The notes under the pieces were generated by a model. It did not search any database and was not told the origin of the DNA. It saw only the letters and a program-made list of their open reading frames with translations. Below are positions 11,145 through 23,209 of a stretch of DNA of 37,691 nt, in pieces (position 1 is the first letter of the stretch; every line of letters starts with the position of its first letter). Source of the DNA: Chiloscyllium plagiosum (taxonomy: Eukaryota); NCBI RefSeq assembly GCF_004010195.1, contig NC_057753.1:328223-365913 (forward strand), written 5' to 3'. The translations under genes and the position numbers were made by a program.

Positions 11145-11912
11145 GCATGGACGAGTTAGACCTTTTGGTCTAACTCATTTGTGCTGACCAGATATCCTCA
11201 ATTAATCTAGTCCCATTTGCCAGCATTTGGCCCATACCCATCAAGATACCTTTTAAAATGTTCTAATCGTACCACCTCCTCTGGCAGCTCAATCCAAACA
11301 CGCACCACCCTCTGTGTGAAAAAGTTGATCCTCAGGTCCCTTTTAAACCTTTCCCCGCTCACCTTAAACCTAAGCCCTCTAGTTCTGGCAGCCTGGCGTG
11401 CAGTCAGCCTGAGCCCCCCAGCCTCGAGGTGATTCCAGAGTGGTGAATCCCAGCACCATCTGGAGTCACATGGGGTGGACTGGGTTTGAAGGAATGCTGT
11501 TCTGATCTTTTTATATCTCTATATTTTAATTTAGTCTATAATGTTAGACTTTTTATTTCTTTATTTGTCTAAAATTTTTTCTTAAGAATTTGTACTGAAG
11601 AATCTGCACTTGGGTGCCGTAAGTGGCAACTTTTAAACTCGTGCGAGTACGTGTGACAATAAAGCTAATTCTAATTTTCCTTTCCCTTTCATCCTCAACT
11701 TAGGTGCTGCAGCTTTAGGCTCCCCCAGCCTGGGAAAAAGACAGTGGCTATTCACCCTATTCATGCCCCTCGTGATTTTATAAACCTCTATCAGGTCATC
11801 CCTCAGCCTCTGACATTTCAGGGAAAAACAGCCCCAGCCTGTTCAGCCTCTCCCTTTAGCTCAAACCCTCCAACCCTGGCAACATCCTTGAAAATCTTTT
11901 CTGCACCTTGCC
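11145..11912 (-). mobile_element. CR1 3' fragment, interrupted at ~11388-11717
   Basis: gtcccatttgccagcatttggccc...caccctctgtgtgaaaaagttg...ttataaacctcta...ggcaacatccttg. Confidence 0.85.
11388..11717 (+). mobile_element. Unclassified repeat ending in gtgacaataaagctaattctaatt
   Basis: Interrupts the CR1 copy; its tail resembles 26920-27053 (gtacacgtgagaataaaatctcaatctaa). Family not identified. Confidence 0.45.
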
Positions 11913-11948
11913 AAAGCCAACTTTTTTTTTATTAATGGCACTAAGTAA

Positions 11949-12092
11949 TGGCAGCACAGTGGCTCATTGGTTAGCATGGGAGTCTTACCATTCCAGGGAT
12001 CTGGGTTCGATTCCAGCCTCAGGCGACTATCCAAGTGGAGTTTGCACTTTCTCCCGAGTCTGAATGAGTTTCCACCTGGTGCTCCAGTTTCT
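11949..12092 (+). mobile_element. HE1-type SINE 5' half
   Basis: ggcagcacagtggctcattggttagca...gggttcgattcc...gtggagtttgcac. Confidence 0.8.
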
Positions 12093-12094
12093 TC

Positions 12095-12860
12095 AGATTT
12101 GCTTTCTGAAGATGCAGCACCTCATATTTAGCTAAATGAAACTGCATCTGCCACTTCTCAGCCCATTGGTCCATCTGATCAAGATCCCCTTGTAATCTGA
12201 GGTAACCCTCTTCGCTATCCACTACACCTCCAATTTTGGTGTCATCAGCAAACTTACTAACTGTACATAAATGACAAAAAGTAGTGGATCCAGCACCAAT
12301 CCTTGTGGCACTCCGCTGGTTACAACCCTAATGGTAAGGTCCCAGGGAGAGTTGCTGAACAAAGAGACCTTGGTGTGCAGGTTCATAGCTCCTTGAAAGT
12401 GGAGTCACAGGTAGATAGGATAGTGAAGGAGGCGTTTTGGATGCTTTCCTTTATTGGTCAGAGTATTGAGTACAGGAGTCGGGAGGTCATGTTGCGGTCG
12501 TACAAGGCATTGGGCGAAAGTGGGTTCTGCAGATGCTGGAGAGGAGAGTCAACAGTGGAGTGGTTTGGGAAAAGCACAGTCATCATTCTTCCTGATGAAG
12601 GGCTTTTGCCCAAAATGTCAATTTTCCTGCTCCTCAGATGCTGCCTGACCTGCTGTGCTTTTCCAGCACCACTCTAATCTGTACAGGACATTGGTTAGGC
12701 TACTTTTGGAGTATTGCTTGCAATTCTGGTCTCCTTCCTATCGGAAGGACGTTGTGAAACTTGAAAGGGTTCAGAAAATGTTTACAAGGATGTTGCCAGG
12801 GTCAGAGGATTTGACTTATAGGGTGAGGCTGAACAGGCTGGGGCTGTTTTCCCTGGAGGA
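12095..12860. mobile_element. CR1 RT fragment with inverted 5' part (12095-12325 minus; 12328-12860 plus)
   Basis: Minus part encodes VTSGVPQG...KFADDTK...EVLHLQKANL; plus part starts NGKV.G.VAEQRDLGVQVH, the next segment of the same ORF2. Confidence 0.85.
12514..12680. mobile_element. Short Penelope terminal insertion with inverted structure
   Basis: Contains cctgatgaagggcttttgcccaaaatgtc; flanked by gtacaaggcattgg (12500-12513) and gtacaggacattgg (12681-12694). Confidence 0.75.
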
Positions 12861-14945
12861 ACTTTCAAAAGTTGATCGGAGTAGACTGTTTGCAGGTAAA
12901 GGGACGACTGCCAAGTGGGAGGCTTTCAAAGGTGAGACAAAGAAAGTTTAAAGGCATTACATTCCTGTTAGAGTGTGAAGGTAAGAGTCAGGAACAAAGA
13001 ATGAATAAAGATATAGGGGCTCTGGTGAAGAATAGGGAGTTTGTATATTAGGTATAGACAACTGGGATCAAGTGAATCTCCAAAAGACTATAAAGGGGAC
13101 TAGTGTCATTCTTAAGAGGGAAATCAAGAGGCCAAAAATGGGATATGAAATAGCTTTGGCAGATGAAGTTAAGGATAATCCAAAGATATTCTACATTGTG
13201 GAGGATGAGATTTCTGAATACTTGGAAGTGTGTAGCAAAATAGGGCATGGATTCATCAAGGGGAGGTCATGCCTGACAAAGCTGCTAGAATTCTTTGAGG
13301 AAGTAACGAGTAGGTTAGAACAAGATAACAATGGATGTTATCTACCTGGACTTCAAGGCGGCCTTTGACAAGGTGCTGCACAGGAGGCTGCTGAGTAAGA
13401 GAAGGTGTCAGAGGCAAGGTGCTAGCATGGATAGAAGCTTGGCTGTCTGGCAGAAGGCAGAGAGTGGGGAGGAAACGGTCCCTAGAGGATGGCAGCTGGT
13501 CACAAGTGGTGTTCCGCAAGGCTCAGTGTTAGGGCCACAATTTTTCACTCTATACATTAACAATCCAGATGAAGGAACTGAGGGCATTCGGGCTAAGTTT
13601 GCAGATGATACAAAGATATGTTGAGGGGCAGGTAGCATTGAGGAGGCAGGGAGGCTGCAGAAGGATTTGGACAGGTTAGGGAAGTGGACAAAGAAGTGGC
13701 AGATGGAGTACAATGTGGGAAAGTGTGAAGTGATGCATTTCGTTAGGAAGAATAGAGGCGTGGACCATATTCTAAATGGGGAGAAAATGTAGAAATCTGA
13801 AATGCAAAGAGACTTTGGTGTTCGAGTCCAGGATTCTCTCAAGGTAAACTTGCAGGTTGAGTCAATAGTTAGGAAGGCAAATACAATGATGGGATTTATT
13901 TTGAGAGGACTTGAATATAAAAGCAGGGATGTCCTTCTGAGGCTCAATAATGCTCTGGTCAGGCCACATTTGGAGTAGTGTGTGCAGTTTTGGGCCCCAT
14001 ATCTCAGGAAGGATGGACTGGCCCTGGAGTGTGTTCAGAGAAAGTTCATGAGAATGGATCCAGGAAAAAAAACAGCTTAACATATGAGGAACATTTGAGG
14101 ACTCTGGGTCTAGACTTGATGAAGTTTAGATGGATGAGGGGGGATCTAATTGAAACATACAGAATACTCAAATGGCCTGGACAGCGTAGATGTTGAGAAG
14201 ATGTTTCCATTAGTAGGAGAGACCAGGACCCGAGGGTGAAGCCTTAGAATAAAGGGAAGGCCTTTTAGAATGGAGATGGGGGAAACTTCTTCAGACAGAG
14301 AGTGGTGAATCTATGGAATTAATTGCCACGGAAGGCTGTGGAGGCCAGGGCACTGAGGATATTTAAGACCGAGATAGATAGGTTCTTGTGTATCAAGGGT
14401 TACAGGGAGAAAGCGGAGGAAGGGGATTGAGAAACTTATCAGCCATGATTAAATGGCAGAGCAGATTCGATGGGCTGAATGGCCTAATTTCTGCTCCTGT
14501 GTTTTATGGTCATACAAGTACATCAGTAGCAAAAGAGTGACTCGGAAGAGAAAAGGCCACCTTAAAAATTAGTGAGGACATCAATGTGTAGAATCACAGG
14601 AGATGGGAGAGATACTAAACAAATAATTCACGTCAATGTTTACTGTGGAGAAAGAAATGGAGGCTAGGGAACTTCTGGAAATAAATATTGATGTCTTGAA
14701 AACAGTACACTGCAGAAGGTGCTGGAGGTCGTTAAAAAAACTCATAAAAGTGGATAAATTGTCCTGGAAATTTATCTCCAGGATCAAGTTTTTCCTAGGA
14801 CGTCAAGGAAACTTAGGGAAGCAGAAATAGATAAATATCTCTCACTAGCAGAGATAATTTGTATTAGCTACTGACAGGGGGGAGGTGCTGGAGGACTGGA
14901 GGGTGGCTAATGTTGTGCCTTTATTTAAGAAAGGTTGTAAAGAAT
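12860..14945 (+). mobile_element. Old CR1 ORF2 fragment (host of the nested CR1 at 13196-14512)
   Basis: WEAFKGE...EIALADEVKDNPK.FY|KYI.SKRVT...EDWRVANVVPLFKKG continues across the insert; 'taca' duplicated at the junctions. Confidence 0.75.
13196..14512 (+). mobile_element. CR1 3' portion (RT to 3' UTR), nested
   Basis: HGFIKGRSCLT, YLDFKAAFDKV, GVPQGSVLGP, KFADDTK; tail gatgggctgaatggcctaatttctgctcctgtgttttatggtc. Confidence 0.92.
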
Positions 14946-16413
14946 AAATATTGACTGGGAACACTATAGTATGAGTATAATAGATGGATCAATTTTTGTC
15001 CAGTGTGTGCAGGAGGGCTTCCTGACACAATATGTAGACAGGCTGACAAGGGGCGAAGCCACATTAGATTGGGTACACTGGGTAATGAGCCCGGCCAGGT
15101 GTTAGACTTGGAAATTGGTGAACACTTTGGTGATAGCGATCACAATTCTGTTATGTTTACTTTAGTGATAGAAAGGGGTAGGTGTATACCACTGGACAAG
15201 AATTATAGCTGGGGGAAAGGCAAATACGATGTGATTAGGCAAGATTTAGGAAGTACAGGATGGGGAAGGAAACTGCAGGGGATGGGCACATTAGAAATGT
15301 GGAGCTTATTCAAGGAAAAGCTCCCGAGTGTCCTAGATAAGTATGTACCTGTCAGGCAGGGAGGAAGCTGTAGAGCACGGGAGCCGTGGTTTACGAATGA
15401 AGTGGAATCTCTGGTGAAGAGGAAGAAGGAGACTTGTGATAGGATGAGATGTGAAGGCTCAGTTAGGGCGCTTGAGGGTTACAAGGTAGCCAGGAAAGAC
15501 CTAAAGAGAGAGCTCAGAAGAGCCAGGAGGAGACATGAGAAGTTGTTGGCGGATAGGATCAGGGTAAACCCTAAGGATTTCTGTAGGTATTTAAGGGATA
15601 AAAGAATGACGCGAGTAAGATTAGGCACAATCAAGGATAGTAGTGGGAAGTTGTGTGTGGAGTCAGAGGAGATAGGGGAAGCACTAAATGAATATTTTTC
15701 ATCTGTATTCACTCTAGAAAATGACAATGTTGTCGAGGAGAGTACTGAGATACAGGCTACTAGACGGGGTGGGATTGAGGTTCACAAGGAAGAGGTATTA
15801 GACATCCTGCAGAGCATGAAAATAGATAAGTCCCCTGGGCCAGATGGGATTTATCCTAGGATCCTCTGGGAAGCCAGGGAGGAGATTGCCGAGCCTTTGA
15901 CATTGATTTTTAAATTGTCATTGTCTACAGGTATAGTGCCAGAAGACTGGAGGATAGCAAATGTGGTTCCCCTGTTCAAGAAGGGGAGTAGAGACAACCC
16001 TGGTAATTATAGACCAGTAAGCCTTACTTCTGTTGTTGGTAAAGTGTTGGAAAAGGTTATAAGAGATAGGATTTATAATCATCTAGAAAAGAATAATTTG
16101 ATTAGGGATAGTCAGCACGGTTTTGTGAAAGGTAAGTCGTGCCTCACAAACCTTATTGAGTTCTTTGAGAAGGTGACCAAACAGGTAGATGAGAGTAAAC
16201 TGGTGGTTGTAGTGTACATGGATTTCAGCAAAGCGTTCGATAAGGTTCCCCACAGTAGGCTATTGTACAAAATGCGGAGGAATGGGATTGTGGGAGATAT
16301 AGCAGTTTGGATCAGCAATTGGCTTGCTGAAAGGAGACAGAGGGTGGTGGTTGATGAGAAATGTTCATCCTGGAGTCCAGTTACCAGTGGTGTACCGCAA
16401 GGGTCGGTGTTGG
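14946..16413 (+). mobile_element. Relatively young CR1 ORF2 (end of APE, linker, RT to GVPQGSVL), cut by an N-gap
   Basis: Frame open from ~15060 to the gap: GEHFGDSDHN, KSPGPDGIYPR, NYRPVSLTSVVGK, QHGFVKGKSCLTNLIEFF, YMDFSKAFDKVPH. Confidence 0.95.
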
Positions 16414-17123
16414 NNNNNNNNNNNNNNNNNNNNNNNNNNNNNNNNNNNNNNNNNNNNNNNNNNNNNNNNNNNNNNNNNNNNNNNNNNNNNNNNNNNNNNN
16501 NNNNNNNNNNNNNNNNNNNNNNNNNNNNNNNNNNNNNNNNNNNNNNNNNNNNNNNNNNNNNNNNNNNNNNNNNNNNNNNNNNNNNNNNNNNNNNNNNNNN
16601 NNNNNNNNNNNNNNNNNNNNNNNNNNNNNNNNNNNNNNNNNNNNNNNNNNNNNNNNNNNNNNNNNNNNNNNNNNNNNNNNNNNNNNNNNNNNNNNNNNNN
16701 NNNNNNNNNNNNNNNNNNNNNNNNNNNNNNNNNNNNNNNNNNNNNNNNNNNNNNNNNNNNNNNNNNNNNNNNNNNNNNNNNNNNNNNNNNNNNNNNNNNN
16801 NNNNNNNNNNNNNNNNNNNNNNNNNNNNNNNNNNNNNNNNNNNNNNNNNNNNNNNNNNNNNNNNNNNNNNNNNNNNNNNNNNNNNNNNNNNNNNNNNNNN
16901 NNNNNNAAACACGTGGATTTTCAGAAAAAATGTTGATAAATCTCCCAGCCTAGTTTGCAAAAATCAAATCTTAGTGGATTGGGGCGAATATATGGCCATG
17001 TTTCTAGAATGGGACAGCTGGCAGGAAACAGTGCAGTGAATTAAAAAAAGCAGACACGTGAAGCAACAGCCTGACCTGGTATTTAAGGTCTGATTCTGTG
17101 AGTATGACTATGTCCCAGACACC

Positions 17124-17376
17124 CCATCACCTTCCCCGGATATCTACTGTTTCACCAGCAGGACAGACAAAGCAGACGTGGTGGCACAGTGGGGATACAG
17201 TTGGAAGGGAATTGCTCTGGGAGTCCTCAACAGTGAACTGTATCCCAGGACCATCACCTTCCCCGGATATCTACTGTTTCACCAGCAGGACAGACAAAGC
17301 AGACGTGGTGGCACAGTGGGATCCAGTTGGAAGGGAATTGCTCTGGGAGTCCTCAACAGTGAACTGTATCCCAGGA
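17124..17376 (+). repeat. Tandem duplication, 127 + 126 bp
   Basis: 17124-17250 and 17251-17376 differ by one indel and one substitution. Confidence 0.95.
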
Positions 17377-17933
17377 AGACTCATGGCATTAGTTTACACA
17401 TGAGAAAGGAAACCTCCTACTAATTACTATGTACCAGCCTCTCCCAACTGATGAGTCAGTACTCCTCCAAGCTGACCAACACTGGAGGAAGCACTAAGGG
17501 TGGCAAAGGCACAAAATGTACTCTGGGTTGGGGATGTCAATGTCCACAAAAAGAGTGGTTCAGCAGCAGAATTACTGCTTGAGCTGGCCGAGTCCTAAAG
17601 GATATACCGGATAGACTGGGTCTACGACAGGTGGTGAAGGAACCCACAAGACGGAAAAGCCATATTTGACCACAGCCTTACTAATCTGCCAGTTGCAGAA
17701 GTATCTGTCCATGACATTATCGTTAAGAGTGACCACTGCATAGTCATTGTGGAGATAAAGCATACCTGCACATTGAGAATAACCTCCACCAGCATAGGTG
17801 GCACTATCACCGTGCTAATTGGGACAGACTTGGAACAGATCTATCTGGGTGTCCATAAGGTGTTGCAAGTCATCAATAGCAGCAGAATTGTACTCCAGCA
17901 CAACCTCATGTCCTGGCATATCCCCCTCACAAC

Positions 17934-18011
17934 AATTACCATCAATCCAGAGGATCAACATTGGTTCAATGGAATTACCATCAATCCAGAGGATCAACAT
18001 TGGTTCAATGG
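17934..18011 (+). repeat. Perfect 39-bp tandem duplication
   Basis: aattaccatcaatccagaggatcaacattggttcaatgg x2. Confidence 0.95.
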
Positions 18012-18916
18012 AGTGTGCAGTATGGCAGGAGCAGCACCAGGCATACCTGACAATGAGGTGTCAGCCTGGTGAAGCCACCAAACAGGACTACTTGTGCGCC
18101 AAACAGCATAAGCACTAAGTGATAGACAGAGCTAAGTGATCCCACAAGCAACGGATCAGATCTAAGCTCTGCAGTCCTTCTAGTTCTAGATGAGAATAGT
18201 TATGGACAATTAAACAAGTCATTGGAGGAGGAGATTCCACGAGTATCCCAATCCTTACTGACGGAAAAGCCCAGCACTTCAGTGTATAAGATTAGGCTGG
18301 TGCATTCACAACAATCTTCAGTCAGAAGTGCTGAGTGGATGATGCACCTCAGCCTCCTCCAGTGGTCCTCAACAATCCAGTTACCAGCCAGCAGCCAATT
18401 TGATTCACACCACGCGATATCCAGATTCAGTTGGAGATACTGGATACACCAGAGGATACATACTCTGACAACATTCTGTCAATAGTACTGAAAAGTTGTT
18501 CTCCAGACCTTGTCACTGCCCTCACCAAGCTGTTCCAATACCGTTACAATTACATTTCCCCGATTACGTGGGAAATTACCCCAAGTATCTCCTGTATATA
18601 AAAAGTAGAACAAATCCAATCCGGCCAATTACCACTCCATCAGTCTACTCTCGATCATCAGTGAAGTGGTGGAATGTCTCAGTGTTTTCAAGCTGCACCT
18701 GCTCAGCAATAACCTGGTCAATAACGCCCAGTTTGGGCTGCCCCAGGGCCACTCAGCTCCTGACCTCATTACCTTGGTTAAACATGGACAAAAGAGCTGA
18801 ATTCCAGAGGTGGGGTGAGAGTGACAGTCCTTTAAAACAAGGTTGCCTTCGACCAAGTGTGGCATCAAGGGGCGTAAACAAAACTGGAATCAATGGGTAT
18901 CAGGGGCAAACTCATA

Positions 18917-18964
18917 CCTACGCGTCAGGTATGATTCAGGTTAGAATCATACCTGACGCGTAGG
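18917..18964. repeat. Perfect 21-bp inverted repeat with 6-nt spacer
   Basis: cctacgcgtcaggtatgattc-aggtta-gaatcatacctgacgcgtagg. Confidence 0.95.
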
Positions 18965-19815
18965 AAGATGGTCATGGTTGATAAAGGCCAGTCAACTCAG
19001 CTCCAGGGCAAGTCTGTTGGAGTCCCTCGGGCAGTGGCCTAGGCCCAAACATCTTCAGGGCTGCTTGATCAATGACATTGCCTCTATTCTAAGGTCATAA
19101 GTGGGGATGTTTGCCAATGATTGCACAATATTCAGCAACATTTGTGGCTCCTAAGATACTGAAGCAGTCCATGTCCAAATGCAACAAGATCTGGACAGTA
19201 TCCAGGCTGAAAAGAGGCAAGTAATATTCACGTAACACAATTGTCACATCGTGACCATCGCCACTAAAATACAATCTAACCGCTGTCTCTTGGCATTCAA
19301 TGGTGTTACTATCACTGAATCCACAGTGGGCTGCAGCAGTTCAACAAGGCAGCTCACCACCACCTTCTCAAGGGGCAACCAGGGACAGGCAATAAATGCT
19401 GTCCCAGCCAGTCACACCCAGATTCACGAAATAAATAAATTGAAAAAACAGACTTTTTTTAACAGAGGAAGGTTGCTGAGGTATCATAGGGATCGGTGCT
19501 CGGGTACCAGCTGTTCACAATATCCATTAAAAATGTGGTTGTGGGAATCAAATACAACATATCATAACCTGCTGAGAAAACTAAAGGATATTGCATTGCG
19601 AGTGGGTGAGGAGGTTGTAAAAAAATTTTAAGGTGACTAAGGCAAGTGGAGTGAATGGGCAAATATGTGGCAGATGGAGAGCAATATGGGTAGAGGTGAT
19701 GGTGTGCCCTTTGGTGGGAACAAGAGATTGGCAGCTTTTCATTTTAAAAGGGATTGTTTGAAACATGTTGATCTAAAAAGCGACATATGGGCCTTTTTGT
19801 NNNNNNNNNNNNNNN

Positions 19816-20106
19816 GTGGACAGAGAGAGCCTTTTTCCAAGTATGGTGACGGTGAGCACGAGGGGCATAGCTTTAAATTGAGGGGTGATAGATATAGGAC
19901 AGATGTCAGGTGTAGTTTCTTTACTCAGAGAGTAGTAATGCTTTGCCTGCAACGGTAGTAGATTCGCCTACTTTAAGTCGTCATTGGACAAGCATATGGA
20001 TGTACATGGAATAGTGTAGGTTAGATGGGCTTCAGATTGGTATGACAGGTCGGTGCAACATCGAAGGCCGAAGGGCCTGTACTGTGCTCTAATGTTCTAT
20101 ATTCTA
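19816..20106 (+). mobile_element. CR1 3' end
   Basis: GHSFKLRGDRYRTDVR..FFTQRVV, followed by UTR gccgaagggcctgtactgtgct and (ttcta) tail. Confidence 0.85.
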
Positions 20107-20566
20107 AAACTGAGAATTACAGACCTGTCTGACATCAGTTGGTGGGAGTAAGTTGATGGTGGGGATTGAGAGATAGGATTTACATGATTTTAAGAGGCAA
20201 GATCTGATTAGGGACAGTCAGCATGACTTTGTGTGTGGGAAATAGTGTCGCACAAACTTGACTGAGTTTTTTTTGAGGACTTAAGCCAAAAGATTAATAA
20301 GAGCAGAATGGTAGATGTTGTTTTCATGTTTAACAACATTCTGCATTGTGGACACATTACGAAAGTTAGATCACATGGGTTTCAGGGAGAGCTTAACAAT
20401 TGGATACAAAATTGGCTTGACGGTAGGAGACAGAGTGTGATCGAGCCTTATTTTTAGAACTGGAAGCCTGTGACCAGTGATGTTCCAAAGGGATCGCGGC
20501 TGGGTCCGCTTTAGTTTGTCAGGGAAATAAATGATTTGGATGAGAATTGAGGAGACATTTGTTTTT

Positions 20567-20879
20567 AAGATTAGATTAGATTCCCTACAGTATGGAAACA
20601 GGTCCTTCGGCCCGACAAGTCCACACTGACCCTCCGAACAGTAACCCACCCAGACCCATTCCCATATTCACCCCCGACTACGGGCAATTTAGCATGGCCA
20701 ATCCAACCGAACCTGCACTTCTTTGGACTGTGGGAGGAAACCGGAGCACCCGGAGGAAGCCCACGCAGACACAGGGGAGAATGTGCAAACTCCACACAGT
20801 CACCCAAGTCAGGAATCAAACCTGGGTCCCTGGCACTGTGAGGCAGCAGTGCTAACCACTGAGCCACCACACTGCCCCA
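20567..20879 (-). mobile_element. HE1-type V-SINE, full length
   Basis: (agatt)n tail, V-domain and tRNA head (gtgaggcagcagtgctaaccactgagccacc) in reverse orientation. Confidence 0.92.
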
Positions 20880-21206
20880 TGGTTAGTAAGTCTACAGATG
20901 ACACCAAGATTGGTGGTGTAGTTGACAGTGGAGCAAGTTCTCAAAGGGATCTTGATCAAATGGCAGTGGGCTGAGGAGTGGCATATGGAGTTTAATTTGG
21001 ATAAATGTGAGGTACTGCATTTTGGGAAAACAAACTGGGGAAGGACTTGTACAATTAATGGTAGGGTCCTGAGTAGTGTTGTTGAACAGAGAGACCAATG
21101 GAGTCAGGTACATAGTACTTTTGAAAATTGTGTCACAGGTAGACAGGGTGGTTAAGAAGGCACACTCACCTTCATTGCTTAGACCATTGAGTATAGGGAG
21201 TTAGGA

Positions 21207-21295
21207 CTGTGTTGCTGGAAAAGCGCAGCAGGTGCTCTTTTCCAGCAACACATTTTCAGCTCTGATCTCCAGCATCTGCAGTCCTCACTTTCTCC
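21207..21295. mobile_element. 89-bp Penelope terminal insertion with fold-back 5' end
   Basis: tgtgttgctggaaaag...cttttccagcaacaca hairpin plus the PLE terminus also seen at 36308-36365; TSD tatag(g)gagttagga at 21192-21206 and 21296-21309. Confidence 0.8.
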
Positions 21296-22343
21296 TATAG
21301 GAGTTAGGATGTCTTGTTGAGGTTATACAGGATGTTGGGGAGGCCACTTTTGGAATACTATGTACAGTTCTGGTCGCTCTGCTATTGTAAGTCTCCTTCC
21401 AAACACCAAACCCAGTGAAGATTCACCATTACCTCCACAGTAAAGTTTCTTGCTCAGGCTGACTTAGCTGCAACCAGTTTCCTTCCAGTGAATTCCTGCA
21501 TTGGTGAGGGCTTCTTCTGGAGTACTGTGTCCAGTTCCAGTCACCCTGTTATAGGAAGGATATTGTTAAATTGGAGAAGGTTCAGAAAAGATTTATCATG
21601 ATGTTGTGGGACTTTAAGTTGTGAGGAGAGACTTGGGACTTTTTTAACTGGAACGTAGGAGAGGGGGGGGGGGGGGGGTGACCTTATAGAGCTTTATAAA
21701 ATCACGAGGGGCAGAGATAAGGTGAATCGCAGGGATTTTTTTCTCCCTGAGTTAGGGGAATTAAAAACAAGGGGCATCTTATTAAAGTGAGAGGAGAAAG
21801 ATTTGAAAGGGTCAGAGGGGCAACTTTTTCACATGCTTTCTGTGTGGAATGAACTGCCAGAGGAAGTGGTAAATGCAGGTACAGTTACAACATTTAAAAG
21901 ACATTTAGATAGATGCATCAATAGGAAAGTTTTGGAGGGATATGGGACAGGAGCAGGCAGGTGGGACTAGTTTAGTTTGGGAAACTTTGTCGGGTTGGAC
22001 TAATGGGTTTGTTTCCATGCTGTATGACCACAGACTCTACAAGGGGTAATGTCCTCGCTGAATCCAACCTATCGGGTCTGCTCAGGGTCATATATGTTTC
22101 AAACAGGATTAGCTCTCGTTCTTCTGAACTTCAATAGTTAAAGGCACAACCTGTCCAACCTTTCCTCATCAAATGACCCCTTCATCTCAGAAATTAGTCC
22201 AGTGAACCTGCTTTGAATGCAATTATATCTTTTTTTCCAAATAAGCAAACCAAAGTTGTGTGCGCTATTCCAGAAACGCAAAGGCAAGATGTAGCCAAAC
22301 AACTTGTACTTTTCTCTCCTTCCCGTATTCAGCATTATGCTTA

Positions 22344-23154
22344 TGTGATGAAGTCGAAAGAGTGTATCGTCACTTTAAGAGAGAGAGGTGCCTTTTTGGA
22401 GCTGAGAGGTTGCAGCAGCGCATGTATCTGTGACAAGCTGAAAGGTGCAGAGAGAATGCTGAGAATTGATAATATGTGACCTTCAGCATGGGGTTGTGTT
22501 TTGATGTTAAGGCAAGTGGATTTGAATTGAAGCAATTCATTCAAATTGTGCCCTTACCAAATATCAATTGGATTTGAATTCGATTGGTCCAATGTTGCCA
22601 ATACAATGGGAGGGTACAAGTCGTTGGGGTGTTAAAAAGGGCATTTTGAAAATTGGTCAGAGCTAACTACCCACTGAACATGAGAATACATGTCATCTGA
22701 AAGGGCTCTCAACGATCTCAAAGAAACTCCACTATTAAAGGGACCAAAGCAATTTATCGCTGAAAATACTCGCAGTAAAAAGACGACAGCCCGGAAAGCC
22801 AAGACAGCAGAATCAGACAGAAGGAAGGAAGACACAGCATAAGAAATGGTACGGACTTTGAGAGATTAAATTTATTTAATGTTTGGTCATTGTGTTACTG
22901 GAGCAGCATTCTAATAGAGTTGGGGTCAGATAGTGATTGGTTAAGAAAAAGGGGGCTCGGGTTTGTTAATAGTTTTTATTTAGTGTTCACCGTTAGAGCT
23001 AGGAAAATAAATTGTTATTTTTTTTTCTTTAAGGAGCGGAAATCAGGGGTTTTCTTTCATTCAGTCACGCTTTTAGCAGATTGTGAGGGGAGGCTAGCTT
23101 TTCTGGGTGCTTTAGTTTTAATTAGCAGAGGGATTCCACCTCTGCGCCATAACA
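22344..23154 (+). mobile_element. Solo LTR (811 bp; Gypsy- or ERV-type)
   Basis: TGTGATG...CATAACA termini (imperfect inverted repeat), 4-bp TSD CTTA at 22340-22343 and 23155-23158, AATAAA at ~23006. Confidence 0.8.
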
Positions 23155-23209
23155 CTTACCTGGGTTTAAAAGTTGCAGTTAAGAAACCAGAAAGTTTCAC
23201 CATGCTCTC

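Larger units (their letters stand above)
17098..19440 (+). mobile_element. Degenerate non-LTR LINE (CR1/L2 group, Zenon-like): APE, RT and 3' end
   Basis: APE-like TFPGY...QDRQSRRGG and WVGDVNVH; RT remnants (ccttcgaccaagtgtggcatcaagg = AFD.VWHQG; ggagtccctcgggcagtggcctaggccca ~ GVPQGSVLGP; tttgccaatgattgc ~ FADD); tail ggcaataaatgctg...; many frameshifts. Clade name tentative. Confidence 0.8.
20110..22040 (+). mobile_element. CR1 RT-to-3'UTR fragments with nested SINE and PLE inserts
   Basis: DDTKIGGVVDS, MEFNLDKCEVLHFGKTN, WNELPEEVV and CR1 3' UTR. Confidence 0.85.

Noticed and set aside
15003..17039. 678-aa ORF as an active RT or host gene
   Set aside because: CR1 ORF2 fragment; length inflated by a 493-nt N-gap, N-terminus frameshifted, and sequence after the gap is not its continuation.
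17124..18011. Direct repeats as a CRISPR-like array
   Set aside because: Only two adjacent copies each, no spacers, inside a vertebrate LINE.
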